Assembly: GCA_964608675.1 (NCBI GenBank)
Contig: CAZSOZ010000002.1
Span: forward strand, 96,001-160,000
Source of the DNA: an uncultured archaeon
GTDB taxonomy: Archaea; Iainarchaeota; Iainarchaeia; Iainarchaeales; 1-14-0-10-31-34
Reading direction: 5' to 3'
Length of the DNA stretch: 64,000 bases
The position numbers were made by a program, and so were the translations under genes. Positions within the stretch are counted from its first letter, which is position 1. Each line of letters opens with the position of its first letter. This document shows, in pieces, positions 1-8,211 of the stretch. The notes under the pieces are model-generated. The model saw nothing but the letters and a program-made list of their open reading frames with translations, was not told the origin of the DNA and did not search any database.

Positions 1-603
1 ATAGGAACAGAAAATCAGGCATTCACTTTATTTCAGTTCTTTGGTCCAATAGCAGGAAGTTTTCTTGGGCCTTTTATTGGAGCAGGAACAGTTTTAATTG
101 CACAATTAAGTGAAATGCTTTTGTTTGGCAAAGCATTTGATTTCATTGCATTATTCAGGCTTACGCCAATGATTTTTGCAGCAGTTTATTTCGGGTTATA
201 CGCAAAAAAACAATTCAATTATACAGCAGTAATTCCCTTGCTTGCAATAATTGCTTTTGTACTGCATCCAGTTGGACAACAAGCATGGTTTTATTCTTTG
301 TATTGGCTGATTCCCATTCTTGCAGCAGTTTTCAGCAAAAGGCTTTTCTTTAGAAGCCTTGGAAGCACTTTTACAGCCCACGCAATAGGAAGCATTGCAT
401 TTTTGTACAGCATTCCAACTACTCCAGACTTATGGATTGCATTAATTCCAATTGTAGCAGTTGAAAGACTATTGTTTGCTTCAGGAATAAGCCTTTCCTT
501 TATTGGATTCACAACAATTTTAACAAAACTCGAAAACTATATTCCAAACAAAATTATTTCAATCAACAAAAAATATGCATTACAGAACATGTTAAGCCGT
601 TAA
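1..603 (+). CDS. ECF-transporter S-component-like membrane protein (5' truncated by window edge); candidate folate/vitamin uptake
   Basis: Frame is open from base 1 (IGTENQAFTLFQFFGPIAGSFLGPFIGAG...); several hydrophobic segments; 'P-x2-G-x2-LGP-x2-G' pattern typical of S components; directly upstream of glyA. Confidence 0.55.
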   Translation: MGTENQAFTLFQFFGPIAGSFLGPFIGAGTVLIAQLSEMLLFGKAFDFIALFRLTPMIFAAVYFGLYAKKQFNYTAVIPLLAIIAFVLHPVGQQAWFYSLYWLIPILAAVFSKRLFFRSLGSTFTAHAIGSIAFLYSIPTTPDLWIALIPIVAVERLLFASGISLSFIGFTTILTKLENYIPNKIISINKKYALQNMLSR

Positions 604-630
604 AAAGGCTTAACTTTTCTCTTTCTTTTC
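591..630 (+). terminator. Hairpin plus pyrimidine tract, terminator-like
   Basis: GTTAAGCC(591-598)...GGCTTAAC(607-614) inverted repeat followed by TTTTCTCTTTCTTTT. Confidence 0.4.
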
Positions 631-694
631 TTCCAAAACGAATTTATTTCTTTTCTTCTTTGTTTTTTTATTACTTTTTTTTGGGGGAAATTAA

Positions 695-1933
695 ATGAAT
701 TTAGAAAACATAAAAAAACAGGATTCAATTGTATTTAATGCAATAGAAAACGAAACAGAAAGACAAATGTACGGCCTTGAAATGATTGCATCAGAAAACT
801 ATGTATCCAAAGCCGTATTAGAAGCCATGGGTTCTGTTTTTACAAACAAATACTCTGAAGGCTACCCTCAAAAAAGATATTATGGAGGCAACGAATTCGT
901 TGACGTAATTGAATCCCTTGCAATCGACCGCGCAAAAAAATTATTTAATGCTGAACACGTTAATGTACAACCTTATTCTGGAAGTCCTGCTAATCAAGCA
1001 GTCTTTTTTGCTTTACTGGAATTAGGAGACAAATTTATGGGAATGAGTTTAGCAATGGGAGGCCATTTAACGCACGGTCATAAAATTTCTTTTTCAGGAA
1101 AACAATATTCAGCCATAGGCTATGGAGTCGACAAAGAAACAGAATTAATTGACTATGATGAAATCAGAAAAAAAGCATTAGAAGAAAAACCTAAAATGAT
1201 TATTTCCGGTGCATCAGCTTACCCAAGAAAAATTGACTTCAAAAAACTAAAAGAAATAGCAGAAGAAGTTCAAGCAATTTCTTTTGCTGACATAGCCCAT
1301 ATTGCCGGCTTATGTTGTTCAGGCCTGCACGAAAACCCTGTTCCATTCTTTGATGTAGTCACTACAACCACACATAAAACTTTAAGAGGTCCCAGAGGCG
1401 CAATGATTTTATGCAAAGAAGAATTAAGCGAAAAAATCGACAAAGCAGTTTTTCCCGGCTTGCAGGGAGGACCGCATGACCACATTAATGCAGGAAAGGC
1501 AGTGGCTTTTGGCGAAGCCTTAAAACCTGAATTCAAAGATTATGGAAAACAAATAATCAAAAACGCACAAACTTTATCTGATTCCCTGCAGGATTACGGT
1601 TTTAGAATTGTTTCAGGCGGAACAGACAACCACCTGCTTTTAGTGGATTTAACCAAAAAAGACATTACAGGAAAAGAAGCAGAAACCATTTTAGATGAAG
1701 CAGGAATTTACTGCAACAAAAACATGATTCCATTTGACACCAAATCTCCTTTCAATCCATCCGGAATCCGATTGGGAACACCTGCTTTAACTACAAGAGG
1801 CTTTAAAGAAAATGAAATGAAACAAGTCGCTGAATGGATCAACAAAGTAATTGAATCCAAGTCAGATACTTTAGTGAGAAAAAAAGTCCGCGAAGAAGTA
1901 AAAGAATTATGCAAAAATTTCATTATTTACTAA
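695..1933 (+). CDS. glyA: Serine hydroxymethyltransferase (bacterial type)
   Basis: [36 protein letters not shown] (PLP Lys), SGIRLGTPA. Confidence 0.98.
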   Translation: MNLENIKKQDSIVFNAIENETERQMYGLEMIASENYVSKAVLEAMGSVFTNKYSEGYPQKRYYGGNEFVDVIESLAIDRAKKLFNAEHVNVQPYSGSPANQAVFFALLELGDKFMGMSLAMGGHLTHGHKISFSGKQYSAIGYGVDKETELIDYDEIRKKALEEKPKMIISGASAYPRKIDFKKLKEIAEEVQAISFADIAHIAGLCCSGLHENPVPFFDVVTTTTHKTLRGPRGAMILCKEELSEKIDKAVFPGLQGGPHDHINAGKAVAFGEALKPEFKDYGKQIIKNAQTLSDSLQDYGFRIVSGGTDNHLLLVDLTKKDITGKEAETILDEAGIYCNKNMIPFDTKSPFNPSGIRLGTPALTTRGFKENEMKQVAEWINKVIESKSDTLVRKKVREEVKELCKNFIIY

Positions 1934-1989
1934 AAAAACTGAATTTTGCTAATCAGCACATTAATAACAAAGTACTACTATTATTTTTT

Positions 1990-2256
1990 ATGACTAAAAT
2001 AAAAAAATCAAATAAACTTTTTTTAACGCAAAATCATCACCCAAAAAAAAACCCTAAGATATGGATTAAATTACTGAATTCAGTGAGCAGGACAGGCCAT
2101 ACAAGCGGACCAACAAGCGAGAACTATATTCAGGGATATAAAACAGTGTTTGAAAAATGGGGAATAATCAACAAAAGAGGCATTGACTTAAATGCAGTGA
2201 ACAAAGTAATTAAAGAATACGATGAAACAAGAAAACTGCCTGAATTCAAGCCTTAA
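1990..2256 (+). CDS. Small basic hypothetical protein
   Basis: ATG at 1990 within the 1909 ORF, 88 aa, MTKIKK...; no recognisable motif. Confidence 0.55.
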   Translation: MTKIKKSNKLFLTQNHHPKKNPKIWIKLLNSVSRTGHTSGPTSENYIQGYKTVFEKWGIINKRGIDLNAVNKVIKEYDETRKLPEFKP

Positions 2257-2290
2257 ACCAAATTCTTTAAATGATTTTATTTAGTAAAAC

Positions 2291-2328
2291 AACTGCCGCG
2301 TCCAGCCTGACATGCGGGCAAAGCAGTT
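2291..2328. other. GC-rich structured non-coding element upstream of folD
   Basis: AACTGC...GCAGTT outer stem with inner GCCTG/CGGGC or alternative CCGCGT/ATGCGG pairing; GC-rich patch in AT-rich intergenic DNA. Confidence 0.4.
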
Positions 2329-2369
2329 TAAAAAGAAACCCTTTAAAGACTTCATTTGCTAAAATATTT

Positions 2370-3218
2370 ATGGCAGAAAAGATAATTAATGGAACAAAGC
2401 TTGCAGAAAAAATCAAGTCTGAAGTCGCTTTAGAAATAAAAGAATTAAACTTTAAACCAAAACTGTCCCTGATTTTAGTTGGAAACGACCCTGCCTCACA
2501 AATTTACGTGAAAAAAAAGCATTCAGCCTGTGAAGAAGTTGGAATCATTTCAGACCAGCATTTTTTTTCAGAAAATGTTTCAGAACAAGAAATAATTGAC
2601 TTAATTGAAGAACTAAACAAAGATAATTCTGTTTCAGGAATTTTAGTTCAACTTCCACTGCCAAAACAAATTAATGCATGGAAAATAATGGAATTAATTT
2701 CTCCTTCAAAAGACGTTGACGGCTTTCACCCAATTAATGCAGGAAAAACTTTAATAGGACAAGAAAGCTTTAAGCCTGCCACTCCATTAGGAGTAATAAA
2801 AATACTTGAAAGCATTAAAATCAAATTAGAAGGCAAACACGCTGTTATTGTCGGCACAAGCAATATTGTTGGAAAACCATTAGGATTAATGCTGTTAAAC
2901 AAGAAATGCACTGTTTCTTACTGCAATAAATTCACTTCAAATTTAAAAGAACACACTAAGCAGGCAGACATTTTGATTTCTGCTGTAGGCAAACCCAAAC
3001 TCATTACAAAAGACATGATTAAAAAAAATGCAATAGTAATTGATGTAGGTACAACAAAACTTGATTCAGGCAAACTATCCGGAGACGTGGATTTTGATGA
3101 AGCCAAAAAAATTGCTTCATTTATTACTCCGGTTCCAGGCGGAGTTGGACCATTAACTGTTGCCTGCTTAATGCAAAACACATTAAAAGCCGAGAAAATG
3201 AAAAAAATACTAAAATAA
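2370..3218 (+). CDS. folD: Methylenetetrahydrofolate dehydrogenase/cyclohydrolase
   Basis: YVKKK, GILVQLPLP, KDVDGF, VGKP, ITPVPGGVGPLT; start MAEKIING at 2370. Confidence 0.97.
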   Translation: MAEKIINGTKLAEKIKSEVALEIKELNFKPKLSLILVGNDPASQIYVKKKHSACEEVGIISDQHFFSENVSEQEIIDLIEELNKDNSVSGILVQLPLPKQINAWKIMELISPSKDVDGFHPINAGKTLIGQESFKPATPLGVIKILESIKIKLEGKHAVIVGTSNIVGKPLGLMLLNKKCTVSYCNKFTSNLKEHTKQADILISAVGKPKLITKDMIKKNAIVIDVGTTKLDSGKLSGDVDFDEAKKIASFITPVPGGVGPLTVACLMQNTLKAEKMKKILK

Positions 3219-3336
3219 ATAAAATCAAAAAAATAAGGAATAAAAAAAATAATTAAAAGAAAAAAATTAATGAAAAAAAATTAAAAGAATTTAAAGGAAA
3301 AAAAATCATGAAAATCAAAATTTTTTGGGAATTAAA

Positions 3337-3942
3337 ATGAAGAGAATCGCTGTTTTAGGTTCAACTAATGGAACAGATTTTCCTGCAGTATTTGATTCAG
3401 TTCAAAATATGGACGCAAAAATTTCTGTTGTAATCTCAAACAAAAAAAATGCAGGAATTTTAGAGAAAGCAAAAGAAAAAGCAGTTGAAACTTTATTCAT
3501 TGACCCAAAAAATTTTAAGTCAAGAGAAGAATGCGACAAAAAATTATTGAATGAATTAAAAAAAAGAGGCATTGATTTAATTGTTTTAATCGGCTACATG
3601 AAATGGATTACAAAACCTTTATTGGAAGCCTACAAAAATAAGATAATGAATATTCATCCTTCTTTGCTTCCAGACTTTCCCGGCATGGACTTAAATGTCC
3701 ACAAGGCAGTTCTTGATGCAGGCAAAAAAGTTTCCGGCGCAACAGTGTTTTTTGTTGATAAAGGCCAAGACTCCGGTCCAGTCATTTTACAGGAATCAGT
3801 TGAAGTAATTGAAGGGGAAACAGTTGATTCCCTGAAAAAAAAGATTCAGGCAGTTGAACAAGAAATCCTTCCAAAAGCCATCAAATTATTCTGCGAAGAC
3901 AAACTAAAAGTTAAAGGAAAAAAAGTAATTATTTTGGAATAA
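3337..3942 (+). CDS. purN: Phosphoribosylglycinamide formyltransferase
   Basis: RIAVLGSTNGTD, NIHPSLLP, SGATV, DSGPVI. Confidence 0.96.
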   Translation: MKRIAVLGSTNGTDFPAVFDSVQNMDAKISVVISNKKNAGILEKAKEKAVETLFIDPKNFKSREECDKKLLNELKKRGIDLIVLIGYMKWITKPLLEAYKNKIMNIHPSLLPDFPGMDLNVHKAVLDAGKKVSGATVFFVDKGQDSGPVILQESVEVIEGETVDSLKKKIQAVEQEILPKAIKLFCEDKLKVKGKKVIILE

Positions 3943-4084
3943 AATGAAGTTTAATGAAAAAAAGCAAAAAATTGAATCAGCAATTAATTGAATAAAAAAT
4001 AAAATGAAATAAACAAAAAAAGAATTAAATTGAATAAAAATAAAAAAGAATTGAGGAATTATTTAATTGAAGTGAATTTTTTTT

Positions 4085-5623
4085 ATGACTGAAGTTAAAA
4101 CAGCTTTAATTAGTGTTTCAAACAAAACAGGCTTAATTGCTTTTGCCCATGAACTCCAAAAGCTTGGCATTAAATTGATTTCAACCGGCGGAACCTTTAA
4201 AGCCTTAAAACAGGCAGGAATTAAAGTACAAAAAGTATCTGATTTCACTTCTTTCCCTGAATTAATGGACGGCAGAGTCAAAACATTGCATCCAAAAATT
4301 CATGCAGGCATTCTAGCTTTGCGTGACAACAAAAATCATTTAGAGCAAGCCAAAAAAAATTCCATTGAATTCATTGACTTAGTTGTAATCAATTTATATC
4401 CCTTCAAAGAAACAATAGAAAAAAACTCTTCTTTTAGTGAATGCATTGAAAACATTGATATTGGCGGGCCTTCAATGATTCGTTCTGCAGCCAAAAACCA
4501 TAAGTTTGTCGGAATAATAACTTCTCCTGCTCAATACCCTGCAATTCTGAATGAATTAAAGAAAAACAAAAACAATTTATCTGATTCAACTAAAAAAGAG
4601 TTAGCAAGAAAAGCCTTTGAATTAACTGCATCCTATGATTCCATTATATCCAATTACCTTAATGAACAATTCGGCGTTAAATTTCCTGAAACCCATTCCC
4701 TTTCATTCAATAAAATCGCTGAAGCCAGATATGGCGAAAATCCTCATCAGTCAGCCTCAATTTATTCTGATGCAATAAAATCCAAAGGAAACTTAACTGA
4801 TATTGAAATCCTTAATGGAAAAGAAATGTCTTTCAACAATTATTTTGATGCTGACTCCTGCTTAAATTTATGCAAAGAATTTTCCCAGCCAGCAGCAGTT
4901 ATTCTCAAGCATACTAATCCCTGTGGAGTCGCAGTTTCAGATAAACTTGAAGACGCTTTTCAAAACGCTTTGGACTGCGATCCAGAATCAGCTTTTGGCG
5001 GGGTAATTGCCTTAAACAGAAAAGTTAATTTGGAAACCGCAAAAAAAATTACTTCTTTTTTCAACGAAATCGTTTTGGCTCCAGATTACGACAAAGATGC
5101 TTTAATTGAACTTAAATCCAAGAAAAACCTTAGAGTCATTAAAGTAAACAATTTTAATTCAGTTATTTCTGGTTTTGATTTAAAGAGAATCAAAGGCGGT
5201 TTACTCGTCCAAGACTTTGATAAAAAGAAAATTTCCAAAAATGAATTAAAAATTGTTTCCAAGAAACAGCCTTCTGATGAACAGCTTGATGAATTATTGT
5301 TTGCTTGGACTGTCTGTAAGCACGTTAAATCCAATGCAATCGTAATAAGCAGGAATAAATCTGTTGTTGGTTTAGGCATTGGCCAGACTTCCAGAGTTAA
5401 ATCTGTTAAAATCGCTTTAGAGCAATCCCAGTCAAAACTAGACAACGCTGTTTTGGCTTCTGATGGTTATTTTCCTTTTGCTGATTCAATTGAAGCCTTA
5501 CCTTCAGAAATTCAGGCTGTCGTTGAGCCCGGCGGAAGCATTCGAGACAACGAAGTAATTGAGGCTGCAGACAAAAAAGGCATTTCACTGGTTTTTACTG
5601 GGGCAAGACACTTTAAGCACTAG
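4085..5623 (+). CDS. purH: Bifunctional AICAR transformylase/IMP cyclohydrolase (bacterial type)
   Basis: ALISVSNK, STGGT, GRVKTLHP, ENIDIGGP, RYGENPHQ, KHTNPCG, C-terminal RHFKH. Confidence 0.98.
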   Translation: MTEVKTALISVSNKTGLIAFAHELQKLGIKLISTGGTFKALKQAGIKVQKVSDFTSFPELMDGRVKTLHPKIHAGILALRDNKNHLEQAKKNSIEFIDLVVINLYPFKETIEKNSSFSECIENIDIGGPSMIRSAAKNHKFVGIITSPAQYPAILNELKKNKNNLSDSTKKELARKAFELTASYDSIISNYLNEQFGVKFPETHSLSFNKIAEARYGENPHQSASIYSDAIKSKGNLTDIEILNGKEMSFNNYFDADSCLNLCKEFSQPAAVILKHTNPCGVAVSDKLEDAFQNALDCDPESAFGGVIALNRKVNLETAKKITSFFNEIVLAPDYDKDALIELKSKKNLRVIKVNNFNSVISGFDLKRIKGGLLVQDFDKKKISKNELKIVSKKQPSDEQLDELLFAWTVCKHVKSNAIVISRNKSVVGLGIGQTSRVKSVKIALEQSQSKLDNAVLASDGYFPFADSIEALPSEIQAVVEPGGSIRDNEVIEAADKKGISLVFTGARHFKH

Positions 5624-5685
5624 CCGATTTCGCTCGGCTGTGACGAAATATGTCGCCCTGTTTGCAACAGGGCATTAATATTCTT
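5621..5685 (-). repeat. Two-hairpin structured repeat, copy 1
   Basis: 47/61 ungapped identity to 62193-62253 (counted by hand); stems AGCCGA/TCGGCT and GCCCTGTT/AACAGGGC. Confidence 0.85.
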
Positions 5686-5709
5686 CTTATAGTTCGAATT
5701 TGATTTCCC

Positions 5710-5877
5710 TCATTTAACTGCAGGGATATATACATATATCGGAAATGCAACGCTTTTTCTGGTTGAATTTTTTTTGAAATAAACAAGCCAGATTTCTTTC
5801 TCATTTTTATGGTGTTCTGCAAGCCAGGAACGCCATGCTTTTCTGTTAGTTGCATAAAGCGTTTTTCCAATTTTCAT
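5710..5877 (-). pseudogene. Truncated YdeI/OmpD-associated family gene
   Basis: Manual translation MKIGKTLYATNRKAWRSWLAEHHKNEKEIWLVYFKKNSTRKSV matches the YdeI N-terminus; resemblance ends before the expected 'EALCFGWID' motif; stop after 55 aa. Confidence 0.75.
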
Positions 5878-6237
5878 CTAATTAATCAAATAATGATATC
5901 AATAAAAAACAAGGCAAAAACCACTCTTGCACAAAACATCAAAAAAACCAGATTATTGTTTATTCCGCATTGTGGTGGGCGGCTTTTACAGTTTTCCTCA
6001 ATTATAGTATTTAGATGCTTAACTAAAATGAGAATTCATTCTTCCATTCTGTTAAACAAATAAATTGTCAGAGAAATGAAGACAGCAGTGAAGACGAATA
6101 AACCAGTAAACAAAGAAAAAAAGGGATTTCAGAGATAAATGAAAAAATAGTTTTTTACGTCTTTTCTTTTTCTGCAAAAAAATTCGTCGATTGACTTAGA
6201 ATAAACTTTAAGAACCTTTTTTTGCTGAATAAATAAA

Positions 6238-6268
6238 TTTAAATACATCATTATAATATATTATAATG
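6238..6268 (+). promoter_or_regulatory. TATA box plus 20-bp palindromic operator of the TA operon
   Basis: TTTAAATA at 6238-6245 followed by the perfect palindrome CATTATAATATATTATAATG (6249-6268) just before the antitoxin start. Confidence 0.7.
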
Positions 6269-6276
6269 GTGGTGTT

Positions 6277-6483
6277 GTGGAAATGTTTGAAGCAAAAGTA
6301 AGGAAAGTGGGAACTTCTTTAGGAGTATTGATTCCTAAAGAGAATGCAGAAAAAAGCAGGCTGAAAGAAGGCTCTAAAGTTAAAATAGTTGTAGTCAAAA
6401 AAAACCTGAAGCTGATTGACAAAATGTTTGGTTCAGTTAAAGGAAAACCGTTTGAAAGAGACCATTCAGACAGAGTGATTTAA
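6277..6483 (+). CDS. vapB: AbrB/MazE-family antitoxin (VapB)
   Basis: KVRKVGTSLGVLIPKE...LKEGSKV AbrB-fold pattern; TAATG coupling to a PIN gene. Confidence 0.88.
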   Translation: MEMFEAKVRKVGTSLGVLIPKENAEKSRLKEGSKVKIVVVKKNLKLIDKMFGSVKGKPFERDHSDRVI

Positions 6484-6848
6484 TGCTTTTGGACACTTAT
6501 GCCTGGGTTGAATACTTTTTGGGTTCAACTAAAGGAAAAAAAGTTAAAAAAATGCTTAAAGAAAATGAGTGTTTTACTTCAGCTATTTCTCTAGCTGAAA
6601 TCAGTTGTTGGCTAAGAAAAAACAAGGAAAGCAGGGAAAAGCTGGATTCAGTTAAAAATTTTTCTACTGTTTTATCCTTGGATAACGATTTGCTTGAATC
6701 AGCAGGAATAATCAGTTATGAAAAAAAGCAGTCAGTAAAAGATTTTGGTTTGGTTGATGCAATCATTCTTGCAACATCAAAAATTTATGATTTGCCGGTA
6801 GTAACAGGAGACAAGCATTTTGAAAAAGAAAATGCAATAATGCTTTAA
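6483..6848 (+). CDS. vapC: PIN-domain toxin (VapC)
   Basis: LLDTYAWVE, SLAEI, GLVDAIILAT, VVTGDKHF. Confidence 0.93.
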   Translation: MLLDTYAWVEYFLGSTKGKKVKKMLKENECFTSAISLAEISCWLRKNKESREKLDSVKNFSTVLSLDNDLLESAGIISYEKKQSVKDFGLVDAIILATSKIYDLPVVTGDKHFEKENAIML

Positions 6849-6860
6849 CAAATCTGGATT

Positions 6861-6995
6861 TTACTTTAAGTGTTTTGCATACTTTCCAAGGGCTTCATCA
6901 GAATTAAGCAGTTTTCTTTTTCCACTATCAATTTCTTTGTTTAGCCTATCAAGCTTTCTGTTTACTAACTCAACTTCATTCATTAAACCACTCAT
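6861..6995 (-). CDS. 44-aa protein, possible orphan antitoxin-like peptide (not in ORF track)
   Basis: MSGLMNEVELVNRKLDRLNKEIDSGKRKLLNSDEALGKYAKHLK; GGTGA SD upstream. Confidence 0.5.
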   Translation of the reverse strand: MSGLMNEVELVNRKLDRLNKEIDSGKRKLLNSDEALGKYAKHLK

Positions 6996-7001
6996 AAAAT
7001 T

Positions 7002-7571
7002 TCACCTGCATTCAATAATTTCTTTTTCGGTAATAATTTTTTGCACTGGAATATCATGTTTTTCGCAAACAACTTTTTTGCTGATTTGATTGGAAAAAGC
7101 AAGGGCAACAACCGGAACTTTTTTGGAGATTCCTTTCAAAAATTTATCATAATAGCCTTTGCCGAAACCGATTCTATTTCCTTTTTTGTCAAATACAATG
7201 CCTGGAACAATAATAAAATCAAGGTCTTTTTTATTGAACGGACGAACAAACTTTTCTAACGGCTGGAAGATTCCATACTTGTTTGGAAACAATTCTTTGT
7301 TGAAGTCTTTTAACTGGCTTAAATGAATGACTTCTTTTTTGAAGTCAATGACTGGAACAACCACTTTCTTTTTTCTTTTAAGTAATTCTAAAATGATTTC
7401 TCTTGTTTGAACTTCAGATTTAAATGAAATGTATACCATAACTTTTTGTGCTGTCCACAAGTCTTTTACTGAAAAAAGCTTTTCTTTTATTTCAGCGCTT
7501 TTTTCAATGATTTCTTCTGTTGAAAGAGCATCTCTTTTCTGCATGAATTGTTTTCTTTGTTTTTTCTTCAT
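7002..7571 (-). CDS. 5-formyltetrahydrofolate cyclo-ligase (YgfA/MTHFS family)
   Basis: YISFKSEV, IIVPGIVFDKKGNRIGFGKGYYDKFL, HDIPV. Confidence 0.95.
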   Translation of the reverse strand: MKKKQRKQFMQKRDALSTEEIIEKSAEIKEKLFSVKDLWTAQKVMVYISFKSEVQTREIILELLKRKKKVVVPVIDFKKEVIHLSQLKDFNKELFPNKYGIFQPLEKFVRPFNKKDLDFIIVPGIVFDKKGNRIGFGKGYYDKFLKGISKKVPVVALAFSNQISKKVVCEKHDIPVQKIITEKEIIECR

Positions 7572-7661
7572 ATCAATTAAATTACGCTGAAAGTAATTAA
7601 AAACAGCCGGCATGCAAAACTTTTTTAAGTGGAAAACTTATTTATTTAAAGAGGATATTAA

Positions 7662-8204
7662 ATGGAAGAACAGGTGTTGGCAGAAAAAATAAGTCAGGCA
7701 ATAGATTTTAATTTAAGCCAGATTTTTAATGAAATAGACTTAAAAGTAAAAAGCATTAATCAAATTAAAGCAGAATCATTAAAAGAAATGAAGCCTGCAG
7801 TAAATGAAAGCAGAATACTGGTTTTTTCAGAACTAAAAGGAAGCCAGGAAAAAATAAAAGCAGTAATCAGCTTCAACAAAGAAAATGCGTTAATGATGGC
7901 AGACTTAATTAAAGGAGCATCATTTGGAGCAACAAAAAATATTTCAATAAAAGAAATGAATGCATTGAAAACAATTTCAAGCAATTTATTTAAAGCAGCA
8001 GTTAATTCCCTGAATTCAGTTTTAGCTTCAAATATACAATTCTCTGAAACAAAAGTAATTTTTTCTTTCAGTGCATTCGAAAACGAATTAATTGCAGGAA
8101 ATCTTACAGGAACAGGAAAATTATTTGAATTAAGTTTAATTGTTGGTGGAACAAACATTAAAGGCAAAATGAAATTTTTTGCTTCAAATCAAATGATAAA
8201 GTGA
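7662..8204 (+). CDS. CheC/CheX-like protein, catalytic motif degenerate
   Basis: 'ENALMMADLI..G....EMNALKTISSNL..AAVNSL' aligns by eye with the CheC repeat; E-x2-N is replaced. Confidence 0.65.
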   Translation: MEEQVLAEKISQAIDFNLSQIFNEIDLKVKSINQIKAESLKEMKPAVNESRILVFSELKGSQEKIKAVISFNKENALMMADLIKGASFGATKNISIKEMNALKTISSNLFKAAVNSLNSVLASNIQFSETKVIFSFSAFENELIAGNLTGTGKLFELSLIVGGTNIKGKMKFFASNQMIK

Positions 8205-8211
8205 TAAAAAA

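Noticed and set aside
2271-2369. N-terminal extension of FolD in the ORF track
   Set aside because: Family resemblance starts at MAEKIING (2370); similar over-extensions were trimmed for prs, the dehydrogenase, kaiC, yjbQ and others.
5621-5685. Hammerhead, group II intron domain V, c-di-GMP riboswitch or integron attC identity for the repeat
   Set aside because: No CUGANGA core, stem too short for domain V, no GEMM architecture and no RYYYAAC/GTTRRRY ends.
5621-5692. TAG read-through (PYLIS-like) signal after purH and the 61032 gene
   Set aside because: Extensions are not conserved (22 aa versus 5 aa), purH already ends in its canonical RHFKH, and G-U pairs favour the opposite strand.
5613-6063. 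ORF-track calls 5613..5870(-) and 5809..6063(+)
   Set aside because: The recognisable coding signal (YdeI) is in a different frame, and these ORFs have no motif or SD.
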